Below are positions 1 through 9,197 of a stretch of DNA of 64,000 bases, one piece after another; position 1 is the stretch's first letter; every line of letters begins with the position of its first letter. Where the stretch lies: assembly GCA_963727915.1 (NCBI GenBank), contig CAVSID010000001.1:999210-1063209 (forward strand), read 5' to 3'. The notes under the pieces are model-generated. The model was not told the DNA's origin. It worked only from the letters and a program-made list of their open reading frames with translations, and did not search any database. The translations under genes and the position numbers were made by a program. The DNA is from an uncultured Chloroflexia bacterium (lineage in GTDB: Bacteria; Chloroflexota; Anaerolineae; Anaerolineales; E44-bin32).

Positions 1-532
1 GGTGCAATTCGGGCATGGGCGTACCTGCGCAAGGCGATGGCGGCCAGCAGACCCGCCCGGCAGACCGATGAAATAGCGGGCAAACGCGTCGACGACGTTC
101 TGCCCGGCCGCCTCATCGCCCGCGACAACCTGAAGAGCTGAAGAAAGCGAGGATAACCCAGAGGAGGCACAACCCCAGCGGGAGGTAACGGAGTCGGTTC
201 GCCAGCCCGAGTGAACGCAACAGGCTGACCCCGAACTCGAAAAGGCAGGCAAAGGAAATCGCCAGGAGCAGGAGCCGTAGCCCGTGTAGCCAGTGCACGA
301 TGTTGGGCGAGAGATAGGCAGCTTGAATGGGGATGAAGTACTCGCCCCACTCGTGCAAACCATGCGTGAAGCCAAAAGCCGCCAACCAGTTCAGATTGCG
401 CGCCAGATCCAATCGTGATGCGTGGCGTGATTGGAGGGCGATGGCCAGCCCCAAAATAAAGAAGGTCAGGCCATAGACGAAGTAGATAATGTCCCGGTTG
501 AGAGCGAAGAGTGTTCGAAGGAATTCAGCCAT
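1..532 (-). CDS. Multi-TM membrane protein, probable N-terminal sensor region of a histidine kinase (5' part only, runs off the window; frameshifted)
   Basis: ORF 113..535 (IIYFVYGLTFFILGLAIALQ...WLAAFGFTHGLHEWG) has several TM helices. It continues in another frame as ...DAFARYFIGLPGG. The kinase domain is not visible, so the kinase call is inferred from family resemblance. Confidence 0.55.
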
Positions 533-594
533 CAAAGGGGGATTTTAGCACGAGCAGGTTTCTGATCTTCGAACGAACGCGTTTGCAGAGGCAC

Positions 595-640
595 AAAAGA
601 CTGGGCCCCCCGGATGGAGCGGTCATCCAGGAGGCCCAGG
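595..640 (-). terminator. Intrinsic terminator after the decaheme cytochrome gene
   Basis: Minus-strand GC hairpin ctgggcctcctggatg...catccggggggcccag followed by tctttt. Confidence 0.65.
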
Positions 641-678
641 TCCTCTCACCCCCCGTACAGGGGCGTCAGTGAGCTCGC

Positions 679-2836
679 TTAGGGTCGGGTCATCCCCGTC
701 GTGCTCCCCCCGAGATCTTTGATGGAGTCATACAGAATCTGCATGATGTACTTGCCGTTGTGGGCGAATGCCCCGGGATCCTTCTGGACCCACTGCAGGT
801 TGTAGGCAGCTCGGAGCAGGCGGGGCGACCAACTGGCATAGCTGTTGCCGGCGTTGGCCTCGTCCGGATCGATGGTGCCGTTCCCGTTTGTGTCAGCGAA
901 GAAGTATGGGTAGGCATCCGGGTTGTAGGCGATAGGTGCATTGAGGCGGGAGGCGGCGTAGGCTTGGATCGCAGTGTACAGCGCGTCCTTCATGGTGGCG
1001 ACTTCTTGCCCAATCCCCTCCGTAGCGTTGCCGTCACCGTCGTAGTCGATGCCTTCCGAGCTGCTGGCCCGAATGGTCATGGTCGAGGCCACATCCGTGA
1101 TGCCGTTGTGGCACCCGGCACACTTGTCAACCTGGACCTCGAGCGTGTGTGCGTCGTGGCAGGCGACGCAGCTGTTCATCGAGGCCACGTGCTGGAAGCG
1201 GCCGTTGTAGCTCTTGCCAGCGTACTCATAGGCGCCCTTGGCATCATCGCCAAAAAGCGTTGCCCCGGCGGCGAAATAATGGGAGTTGATGAACCGAAGC
1301 TGGTCGGAGACTTGATCGTCACTGGCCCCCGAATTGGTGATCGCCTGATTGACACTCACCGTCGATTCTCGCCCTTGGTGACAGGCGATGCACAAGTTTG
1401 CGTCGGTGTTTTCGAACCCGAGCTGCGCTCCGCTGGGGAAGCTGATGGTTTCGGGGGCATAGCGCGTGAACTCAGGCATGGCATTGTGGCAGTTGGCGCA
1501 CTGCATGCCGTTGGAAACCGGCTGGTTGATGCTTACTCCCTGTTCGAGGAACAGCGGCAAGCCTTCGGCGCTGTGGCAGCGGCTGCACGAACCCGGGACT
1601 TCGCCGTCGGCATCCCAGTGTCGGAATGCCTCTTCCGATCCGGCGAAGTGTCCCGCATCGATGCGGTGCGTGCCGGCCATGTCGACGGGGTTCTTCACGG
1701 CACTGTTCAGATCATCGATCGAGTCGGTGAGCAGCTCGATCACGTACTTCCCATTGTGGGCAAACGCGCCCGGGATCCTTGAGTGAGAACTGATAGTTGT
1801 AGGTGGCCTTGACAAGCCTGGGGGTCCAGGACTTGAAGGCATTTGGCACCTGTGCCTCGTCCGTATCCACTATGCCGTTACCGTTGGTGTCGACGAAGAA
1901 GTACGGGTAGCTGCTCCCGTCGTAAGCGATCGGGCTCTCGGCCACCTGAGCTGGCATAGACCTGGATGGCAGCGTACAGCTTCTCCTGCAGCCCTTGCAG
2001 TTCCATGGCAATGCCTTCGGTCACATTGCCGTCGCCATCGTAATCCTCTAGTGAACCATTCATGCGGATGTTCTTGGTGTCGTCCGCCGTGGCGACATTG
2101 GTGTGGCAGGTGCTGCATGTATCCAGCCGTAGCTCGAGCGAGTGCATGTCATGGCAGGTGACACAGCTGTCCACACCATCAACATGGGCGAAGTTGACGT
2201 CGTAGGATTTGCCTTCGTACTGGTACCCGCCCTCCGCCATGGCGCCGTACTTAGTCGCCCCGGCGGCGAGGTAGTGGACGTTGATGAAACCCAAGTCTGG
2301 GCTGACGTGTCGTCGCCAACCCCGACTTTGTCCAGGGCGGCATTGACGCTGACCGTGGATTCGCGCCCTTGATGACACTGCATGCAACGCGCCTCGGGGC
2401 CGAGCCCGGTGATCTCCAGGCCGGAGGGCATGCTGACGCTGGTCATGGCGCGAGTGGCGTCATTGTGGCAGGCCACACAGGTGATTACCGTCCCAATGGG
2501 TGCTGCGTTGTCAACTGCACCGGCAGCAGTGCCGTCGATCCCAAGGAAATCCTGGTAACCAGGCGTGCTATGGCACTTGGCACACGTCGTGGGAATCTCG
2601 GCGGGGTCGTCCTCATTCCAGTGGTTGAAGGCTACGGCAGCAGAGTCCGCGTGGGCAGAGCTGCTCCACTTATCGAGAAAAGGGACCTCTACCGGGGCTT
2701 CCGAACTTGCCGGGGCCTCGACAGTCTCGCGAATCACGATTGGTGTGGGTGTCTTACCGGTGCCGCACGCCGACAGAGCGAGCAGGACTCCAATGGCCAG
2801 TCCCCCGATCACGAGAAGATGTCGCTTTCGAACCAT
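679..2836 (-). CDS. Decaheme c-type cytochrome lipoprotein with two tandem pentaheme units (frameshifted in assembly)
   Basis: Joined from ORFs 2060..2854, 1878..2387, 1712..2011 and 679..1842. Lipobox LSAC. Motifs CAKCH, CVACH, CMQCH, CVTCH, CSTCH, then CSRCH, CANCH, CIACH, CVACH, CAGCH. Confidence 0.85.
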
Positions 2837-2945
2837 GTATGCGCTCCTTGTCACAAGAAAGACTTGTCGGGCACTCGGACAACATGCCGCTTGGTCCCGA
2901 GTGCCCTCGGTGCAAACGCAAAGCCGGGTTAGGCCGAGCTCGAAA

Positions 2946-3273
2946 TCAACTCATTAGATCCCCTACCTCGACTGGCTCCTGGGTCTGACTTGGTCCCTCC
3001 CGGATCAGTGCCCTTTGAGGGTCGGGAAGCAAGGCCAATACCGCCGGCAGGTCGCTCAGGATGCGCTGGAGCGAGAGGGATTGGCCGATCTTGGGCACCT
3101 CTGATCCATAATGATGACCGACGGCCGTGCTCCGGCCACCTGCTGCAGGCACTCCCCTTCCGCCGGGCGCAATCTCAGGCCTTCGACCTTCTCAGAGTAC
3201 TGAGGCGATTGGCTGTGTCGTCTGCGAACAACGAATGGCCGGCGACATTTACAATGCACGTGGGCTGCACGGT
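2946..3273 (-). CDS. Small hypothetical protein, possibly a degenerate receiver-like domain (frameshifted)
   Basis: Three overlapping short ORFs join into ...VNVAGHSLFADDTANRL/QYSEKVEGLRL...ARPSVIIMD/SEVPKIGQSLSLQRILSDLPAVL...VEVGDLMS. Confidence 0.45.
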
Positions 3274-3428
3274 CAACGACCCCGCCGCACGGCAGAAGCC
3301 CTCCTGCATCAAGGCTAGGTTGAGTTGTCCAAGGCTTTCCCCACTCATGAACGCTATTCCCGGCTGACCCGTTCGGTGGATTTCCACACGACGAGCCCTA
3401 CCCCTGCAAGCGGGTTTGCGACGATTAG

Positions 3429-4102
3429 CTACGTAGCGGCCGCGTCCGGTGTGGTCTCGATGGACGCCTCAACCAGCCCGTTTTGGAGCGCGTGGCTGAC
3501 GGCTTCGGTGCGATTCTGCACATCCAGCTTCTGCAGGATGTTCTTCATGTGGTATTTGACGGTGTTCTCGCTGATCGAGAGCTTGTCTGCAATGGTCCTG
3601 TTGGCCATCCCCTTTGAGACCAGACCCAGCACTTCCAGTTCGCGATCGGAAAGGTCGAGGCAGAGTCTTGCTCGAATCATGGTGTGGCGTAGCCAGCCGA
3701 GACATTAGCCGGCCGGCGGTTTTGCGGGTCATTGGGGCTTCGCCGTGCTCGAGCCCGCTCAGTAATTCGAGAAACTCCTGGGAGTTGAGATCTTTGAGCA
3801 AGTAGCCGCTGGCTCCAGCCTGGATCGCTGCCATGAGGTCGTCATCGTCGTCCGATACGGTCAGGATGACCACCTTGACGTCGGGATGTTCAAGCCTGAT
3901 TTGCTTCAAGGCCTCAAGGCCGCTCATGCCTGGCATGGTGAGATCCAGCAGGACGAGGTCGGGGGCCGAGTTCCGAATCGCCTCCAGGATGTCCTTGCCG
4001 GTGCCTGCCTCGGCGACGACATCGAAGCCAGCCGCCTCCAACAGACTGACAATGCCGTCCCTAAAAAGGGAGTGATCATCGGCGACCATCACGCGAGTTC
4101 AT
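3429..4102 (-). CDS. NarL/FixJ-family response regulator (REC + LuxR HTH), frameshifted
   Basis: VMVADDHSLFRDG...PDLVLLDLTMPGM...GYLLKD receiver (ORF 3469..4092). LSDRELEVLGLVSKGMANRTIADKLSISENTVKYHMKNILQKL HTH (ORF 3429..3680). Confidence 0.92.
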
Positions 4103-4103
4103 A

Positions 4104-5585
4104 TCAAAACTCCTCTGGCTGCGACTTCATGTCTAAGGTGACCGTAACCCGTGTTCCTTGACCAGGGCGACTGGACAAGTCGAGATGTCCCCCGATCTCA
4201 TCAGCTCGCTCTTGCATCGTGCTCAGCCCAAAATGGGACGGCTCGAGCATGGGGACCTTGGTCTCATCGAAACCCCGGCCGTCGTCGGCGATGGTCAACC
4301 TCAGGGCCCCATCGTCCATTGCCAAGTCGATGTCCACACTTCCCGCGTCGGCGTGCCGTCGGATATTGGACAGCGCCTCCTGAAGGATTTGGATCAACTG
4401 GAGCTCCGACTCAGGAGGCAGCTTGACGTTTCCGGATCTGGGATCGATGTGAACGTGGACGTCTAGGTCTGTCAGGCGCTGAAACTGTTCAACATAGGTC
4501 TGGATGGCCGTCCCAAGTCCTTCGCCGGTCTGGCTGGCGAGCTTGAGGCCGACGATGGCTTCGCGCACATCGGTGAAAAGGGCCCGGGCGGCTTCGCCCA
4601 ATTGCTCCAATTGGGTCTGCGCAGCGGCCGACTGGTTGTTCTTCACCAGCAAACTGACGGCCATGACCTTGGTGTTGACATATCCCAACAGCTGGGCAAG
4701 ACCGTCATGCAATTCCCGGGCGATACGTTCGCGTTCATCGGCAATAGCCTGTTGCCGGACCTGACTCCGCTGTTCGTTTTCGGCGGTCAGCCGCTCGAGA
4801 TTGCGTGCCATGGTGTTGAAGGCCCCGGCCAGGTGGTCGAGTTCATCGGCTGGGGCTAGGCTCTCCGGCAATCGGGCGCTAAAGTCGCCGGCGGCGAACT
4901 TCTTGAGGGCGGGCTCGAAGCGTTCGATTCGCCCGACGACCAGTCGGTGTGTGAGGCCGAACACCCCCAAACTCACGAAAAGCGTAGCCAGGACGGAGAC
5001 ACCCAGGTTGATCTTCAGATCACCCAGCAGCCGGGATTGCGTGCTGGCGACGGAGATGTCGATGAGCAGCATCCCCAAGTGGTTCAACTGGCTCCCGTGG
5101 CAGGGGGTGCACTCAGGTCCGTTGACAATCGGGGATGAGACACGCAAGACGCCTGGCTCTTGAGCCAACTGGGCCGTCAACGGCCGCTGATCCGGGGCAA
5201 TCCGATGGCAGTCGACGCACCCAGTGGCAGTTTGGGGCAGGACCATGCCAACCATGTCCGGATCGCTGGAAGCTGCCACCTCTCCATCCAGCCCGATGAT
5301 TTCCACGCGCTGCACGTTCTGGCTCTGGCGCACGTCGGACAGGATTTCCAAAAGCCGGGCGGGCTCGTTGCGGACCATGGCATGCCGCAGGCTCCCCAAC
5401 GTGACTTGGCCCAACTCTTCGACCCCTGCGCCGATCTGCTCCTCCATCAACATATTGGCGCGCCAATAGCTGAGAAGCGACAAACCGGTCAAGATGACCA
5501 AGACGGGCAGGGCCACGCCGACGGCGACCTTGAGCCGCAGCGTTGTGGGCAGTTTTGTCGAGGAGTTGTCGGCTATCGATGTCAT
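4104..5585 (-). CDS. NarX/LiaS-type sensor histidine kinase with extracytoplasmic diheme-c domain and HAMP
   Basis: Two TM helices flank CVDCH and CTPCH. HAMP (DELDHLAGAFNTMA), HisKA_3 H-box ERERIARELHDGLAQ, HATPase QEALSNIRRHA/DDGRGF/HFGLSTMQER. Confidence 0.92.
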   Translation of the reverse strand: MTSIADNSSTKLPTTLRLKVAVGVALPVLVILTGLSLLSYWRANMLMEEQIGAGVEELGQVTLGSLRHAMVRNEPARLLEILSDVRQSQNVQRVEIIGLDGEVAASSDPDMVGMVLPQTATGCVDCHRIAPDQRPLTAQLAQEPGVLRVSSPIVNGPECTPCHGSQLNHLGMLLIDISVASTQSRLLGDLKINLGVSVLATLFVSLGVFGLTHRLVVGRIERFEPALKKFAAGDFSARLPESLAPADELDHLAGAFNTMARNLERLTAENEQRSQVRQQAIADERERIARELHDGLAQLLGYVNTKVMAVSLLVKNNQSAAAQTQLEQLGEAARALFTDVREAIVGLKLASQTGEGLGTAIQTYVEQFQRLTDLDVHVHIDPRSGNVKLPPESELQLIQILQEALSNIRRHADAGSVDIDLAMDDGALRLTIADDGRGFDETKVPMLEPSHFGLSTMQERADEIGGHLDLSSRPGQGTRVTVTLDMKSQPEEF

Positions 5586-5631
5586 CTTACACTCAACTCC
5601 CAGGCCAGAAACGCCTGGCCATGCACGAAGC

Positions 5632-7737
5632 CTAGTTGTTGGGCGCCCCAGCGGCGATCCAATCCAGAATCGGCTGAATGACGGAGTCCGACAGTTTGCC
5701 CGTGGGAGGCATGACTTTCCCCTCCGTCTGTATCCCCTGGAGTTTCTGCGCCAGGAGACTGTTGTCTACATCGCCTGCTACGACCACCGGACCGTTGTCA
5801 CCTGTGCTCATCACGGTCTCGTAGCTGCTGGAATCCCACCCCCCATCCGTACCGTGGCAGAAGACACAGCGTTGCTGGAACACAGGCAGGACGTCCCGCG
5901 TGAACGAGGGTTCGGTGGATGCACCCGGCGTGGTCGGAGGCAGTGAGCGGATGTAGGTAACCAGCTGCTGAATCTGCTCCGATGTGAGAATTTCGCCCCA
6001 ACCGATCATTGCCGTCTGTTTGTGGCCGAGATTGATCGAGTTCGAAGAGCTGCTGATCCGTCCGGCTCTGTTGGAAGGACGGATCGGCCAAGGCGGGCCC
6101 AACCCCGCCCTGCCCCTGGCTGCCGTGGCATTGGGAGCACAGATCGATGTACACGTCGGCCCCGTTCAGGGCCACCGCCCCGGATGCCACATCTGGCGGG
6201 AGCTCGACCGGAGGATTGGCCTGCCACGAGCGGATATAGGCGACGATCGAGCTGATCTGATCGTCGTCAAGCGGCCCCCCGTAGGCTGAGCCAAAGGGCG
6301 ACATGCCGAAATTGGGCTGTCCCTGGGAGATAATCGATTTGAGGGTGGTGTCGTCGCGTGTCTTCAGGTATTCGGCGGAACTGATGGGGGCGATGATGTC
6401 CCCGGCGCGAGTTGGATTGGGCCCGCCCTCACCGAAATCTCCGTGACAAGGAGAGCAGTTCTCTGCGAAAAGCTGTTGGCCCAGCTCCGGTCCCGTGCCG
6501 CGGGCCGCCTCCAGCGTGTAAGAGACCAGCGCATCGAGCTGCTGGCTGGTGAGGACAGAGCCCCACACCGGCATGGTCTGGTGCGGCCCGCCCTGCAAGA
6601 TGACCTGGCGCGCTTCTTCCACGTCCTTCGCCAGCGGAACAAGCCCACCGTGACAGTCTGAGCAGTACTGCCGGAACAGGCCCTCAGCGTCGGGGGTGCC
6701 GAGCGGATCGATCACGAATTTCGCCAGCAAATCAACATCGGATTCGGGCAATCGGCCCTTCCAGGGGGGCATCGTAAGGTGCATCCCACCCTTGGCGATG
6801 ATGTCCCGCAGATCGGATTCGGATCCGGCGAAGGCCACCGACCGGCCGTGACACCCCGAGCAGTCTACGCTGAACAGTCGCTGTCCATCGGGGGCGATCA
6901 AGAAGTTCAGTAGGGCGGTGCGGTCTTCGGCGTTCAGTGTCTGGCTGAAGTCGGGAAGGTCGACGCCTTCGTGGGGAGCAAAAGCACTGCTCGAACTCAA
7001 GGGCGGCCTTGAGCTGCGTCGGATCGCCGGCCACGAGATCGGAGACAACGTGACACTCGGCGCAATTATCGTGTGAAGAGTTGGCTGCCCTTGGGGGAGA
7101 GGATGAAGCCGGCCAGGGCGTCGATCTCGTCCGTGCTGAGATCCCCGCTCCAGGCAGGCATGCCTTGTCCATGTACGCCTTGAGCGATGACGGAGTGCAA
7201 GTTGGTGCCAGGCGGAACGTCAATCTTGGCGCCATGGCACGGGGCACAGTTGGCGGTGTAGAGCGCCGCCACAGGATCTCCTTGAGATGTCTCGACCGGC
7301 GGTGGCGCTTCTCGAACCGCTTGGATTGTTAGAAAGGCTACTCCAACCACAACCAGGCCGGTGGCGCCGGTCACCAATGGCCGGCTGAAGAAATGGCGTT
7401 GCTTGGTGCGGTCGATGAACGGCAAAGCGAGCAAGGCAAGGACGACGATGGTCGGAATGGCGATCACACCCAGGACTTCGAGTTTCCCCGGGAAGTACTT
7501 GAGCAGTTGAAACAGGAACAAGAAGTACCATTCAGGGCGCGGCGTGTAAGTGGTGTCGGCTGGATTGGCGCGGGCCTCAAGGGGCGCACCCAAGAAATAG
7601 GCCAGGGCGATGAGGCCACCCAAGATGATCAGAGAGACAAGGGCGTCCTTGAACAAGATGTCGGGGAAGAAGGGCGACCCTTTGGCTTTGGCCTCGTGAT
7701 AGCTCTCCAGGTACTCTTGTTTGTCTTGTTCGTTCAC
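5632..7737 (-). CDS. Rieske/cytochrome b complex subunit IV (QcrC-like) fused to a 7-heme cytochrome c extension (frameshifted)
   Basis: PFFPD...ANPADTTYTPRPEWYFLFLFQLLKY (PEWY). Then CAPCH, CAECH, CSGCH, CSDCH, CSPCH, CSQCH, CVFCH across ORFs 7066..7737, 6732..7247, 5798..7048 and 5632..6102. Confidence 0.85.
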
Positions 7738-7740
7738 GCT

Positions 7741-8400
7741 CTACTCTCCACGATGGGGTACCGCACTAATCCCGATCCGAATGACCAGGTACAGATGAAG
7801 CCCCAGCAGGCCCATCAATGCCACGGGCAGAAACCACACATGCCCGCCGTAGAAGCGGGCCAGGGTGACTGCCGAGAGGTCATCGCCTCCGCGAAGCAAC
7901 CTGAGGATGCTGTCGCCGATGATCGGTGTGACCTGAGCGATCCGTGTGCCGACCGTCGTTGCCCAGTAGGCCTTTTGGTCCCACGGCAAAAGGTAGCCGG
8001 TGAAGCCGAATCCCAGAACGACCAGGAGCAGACCCACCCCGGTGAACCAAGTCATCTCGCGCGGGAACTTGTATGAGCCATAGAGAATGACGCGGATCAT
8101 ATGGATCACAGCCAGGACCACCATGGCGCTGGCTCCCCAGTGATGGAGACCCCGGATAAGCCATCCGGCAGGAAGCTGGCTGGTGATGTACTGCACGCTG
8201 TCGTAGGCGTGGTCGGGTGTCGGTACGTAATAGATCGTCAGGAGAATGCCGGTGACGATCTGATTCACAGCCACGAACAGGGTGGCGCTGCCCAGTGTGT
8301 AGAGCCAGTTGACCTTGGGGATCTTGCGCAGGAAGATCATCTCCCAGATCCCGCGCCAGCCGACACGTTCGTCAAGCCAATCCATGACGCTGGATGCCAT
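7741..8400 (-). CDS. qcrB: Cytochrome b6-like N-terminal subunit of menaquinol:cytochrome c reductase
   Basis: MASSVMDWLDERVGW...TGILLTIYYVPT...AYDSV...LIRGLHHWGAS...HMIRV...GFTGYLLPWDQKAYWATTVG...RFYGGHV...LGLHL. Confidence 0.93.
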   Translation of the reverse strand: MASSVMDWLDERVGWRGIWEMIFLRKIPKVNWLYTLGSATLFVAVNQIVTGILLTIYYVPTPDHAYDSVQYITSQLPAGWLIRGLHHWGASAMVVLAVIHMIRVILYGSYKFPREMTWFTGVGLLLVVLGFGFTGYLLPWDQKAYWATTVGTRIAQVTPIIGDSILRLLRGGDDLSAVTLARFYGGHVWFLPVALMGLLGLHLYLVIRIGISAVPHRGE

Positions 8401-8401
8401 C

Positions 8402-8890
8402 TCAGCCTCCCAGGATCTGCATCTCGTCACCGTCGACCCGGACCTCGTAACGATTGAGGGCGCGCGGCGGAGGCCCGGAGATGACGTTGCCCTGACGGTC
8501 GAATTGCCCGTTATGGCAGGGGCAGAAGAAGCGGTCTTCATCGGCTATCCAGCGCACTCGGCAGCCTAGATGGGTGCACACGTTCGACATGGCGATGAAA
8601 TCCCGGCCGTCTTCGGTCAGGACGTAGACGCTGATTTCCTCCTGGTTGACAATCCAGCCAGCTCGACGCTCGATGGTTGCACGGAAAAGAGTCGGTGTGC
8701 CGAGCTCGACCTTGGACGTCGACCCCAAGGGGATCCAGTTCTTTTCGGTCGCTTTCTGGAGCGCCGGTGAGATGAGGTAGGCGATCCCCGGAATGGCATA
8801 CGCTAAGCCGATAAGCCCGCCTATGGCCCAGGTTGCCAGGCTGAGGAACTGTCGCCGTGGCATGCTCTTCTCATTTGCCGGAAAGCCCAT
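8402..8890 (-). CDS. qcrA: Rieske iron-sulfur subunit
   Basis: Tat-like PRRQFL plus TM helix. CTHLGC and CPCH boxes, GPPPRAL. Confidence 0.93.
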   Translation of the reverse strand: MGFPANEKSMPRRQFLSLATWAIGGLIGLAYAIPGIAYLISPALQKATEKNWIPLGSTSKVELGTPTLFRATIERRAGWIVNQEEISVYVLTEDGRDFIAMSNVCTHLGCRVRWIADEDRFFCPCHNGQFDRQGNVISGPPPRALNRYEVRVDGDEMQILGG

Positions 8891-9197
8891 GCATCCCTCC
8901 CGTGATCAAACAACCGAAATCCGGCATGGCCGGTCGATCAAACCACTGATCAATATCAGTTGAATTGGGTCTGGCGCACAGTGGCAGAGGTGTGGAGGCT
9001 GGGATGCCTGTGGCCGGATCGCCTACTCAGAAGCATTGTCCGCAGCCCGCACGAGGCCGGGGACACCCCGGAGCCTACCTAACATACCTGTTCGTTCGAG
9101 TAGGTCGTCAGTGGCAGATGTCCCAGATTTGGCGTGATCAATGGCAAATCGAAAGATCCATGCTGCGCAGACGCCACCCTACCGACCAGTCTAGCGG

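Noticed and set aside
2905-2945. gcaaacgcaaagccgggttaggcc resembling a c-di-GMP-I (GEMM) riboswitch fragment
   Set aside because: It is on the strand opposite the downstream gene and lacks the GNRA-capped hairpin between GCAAA and ACGCAAAGCC.
9020-9105. CTACY repeats as NarL heptamer (TACYYMT 7-2-7) sites
   Set aside because: Spacing and symmetry do not match a 7-2-7 arrangement, and the matches are too short to exceed chance.
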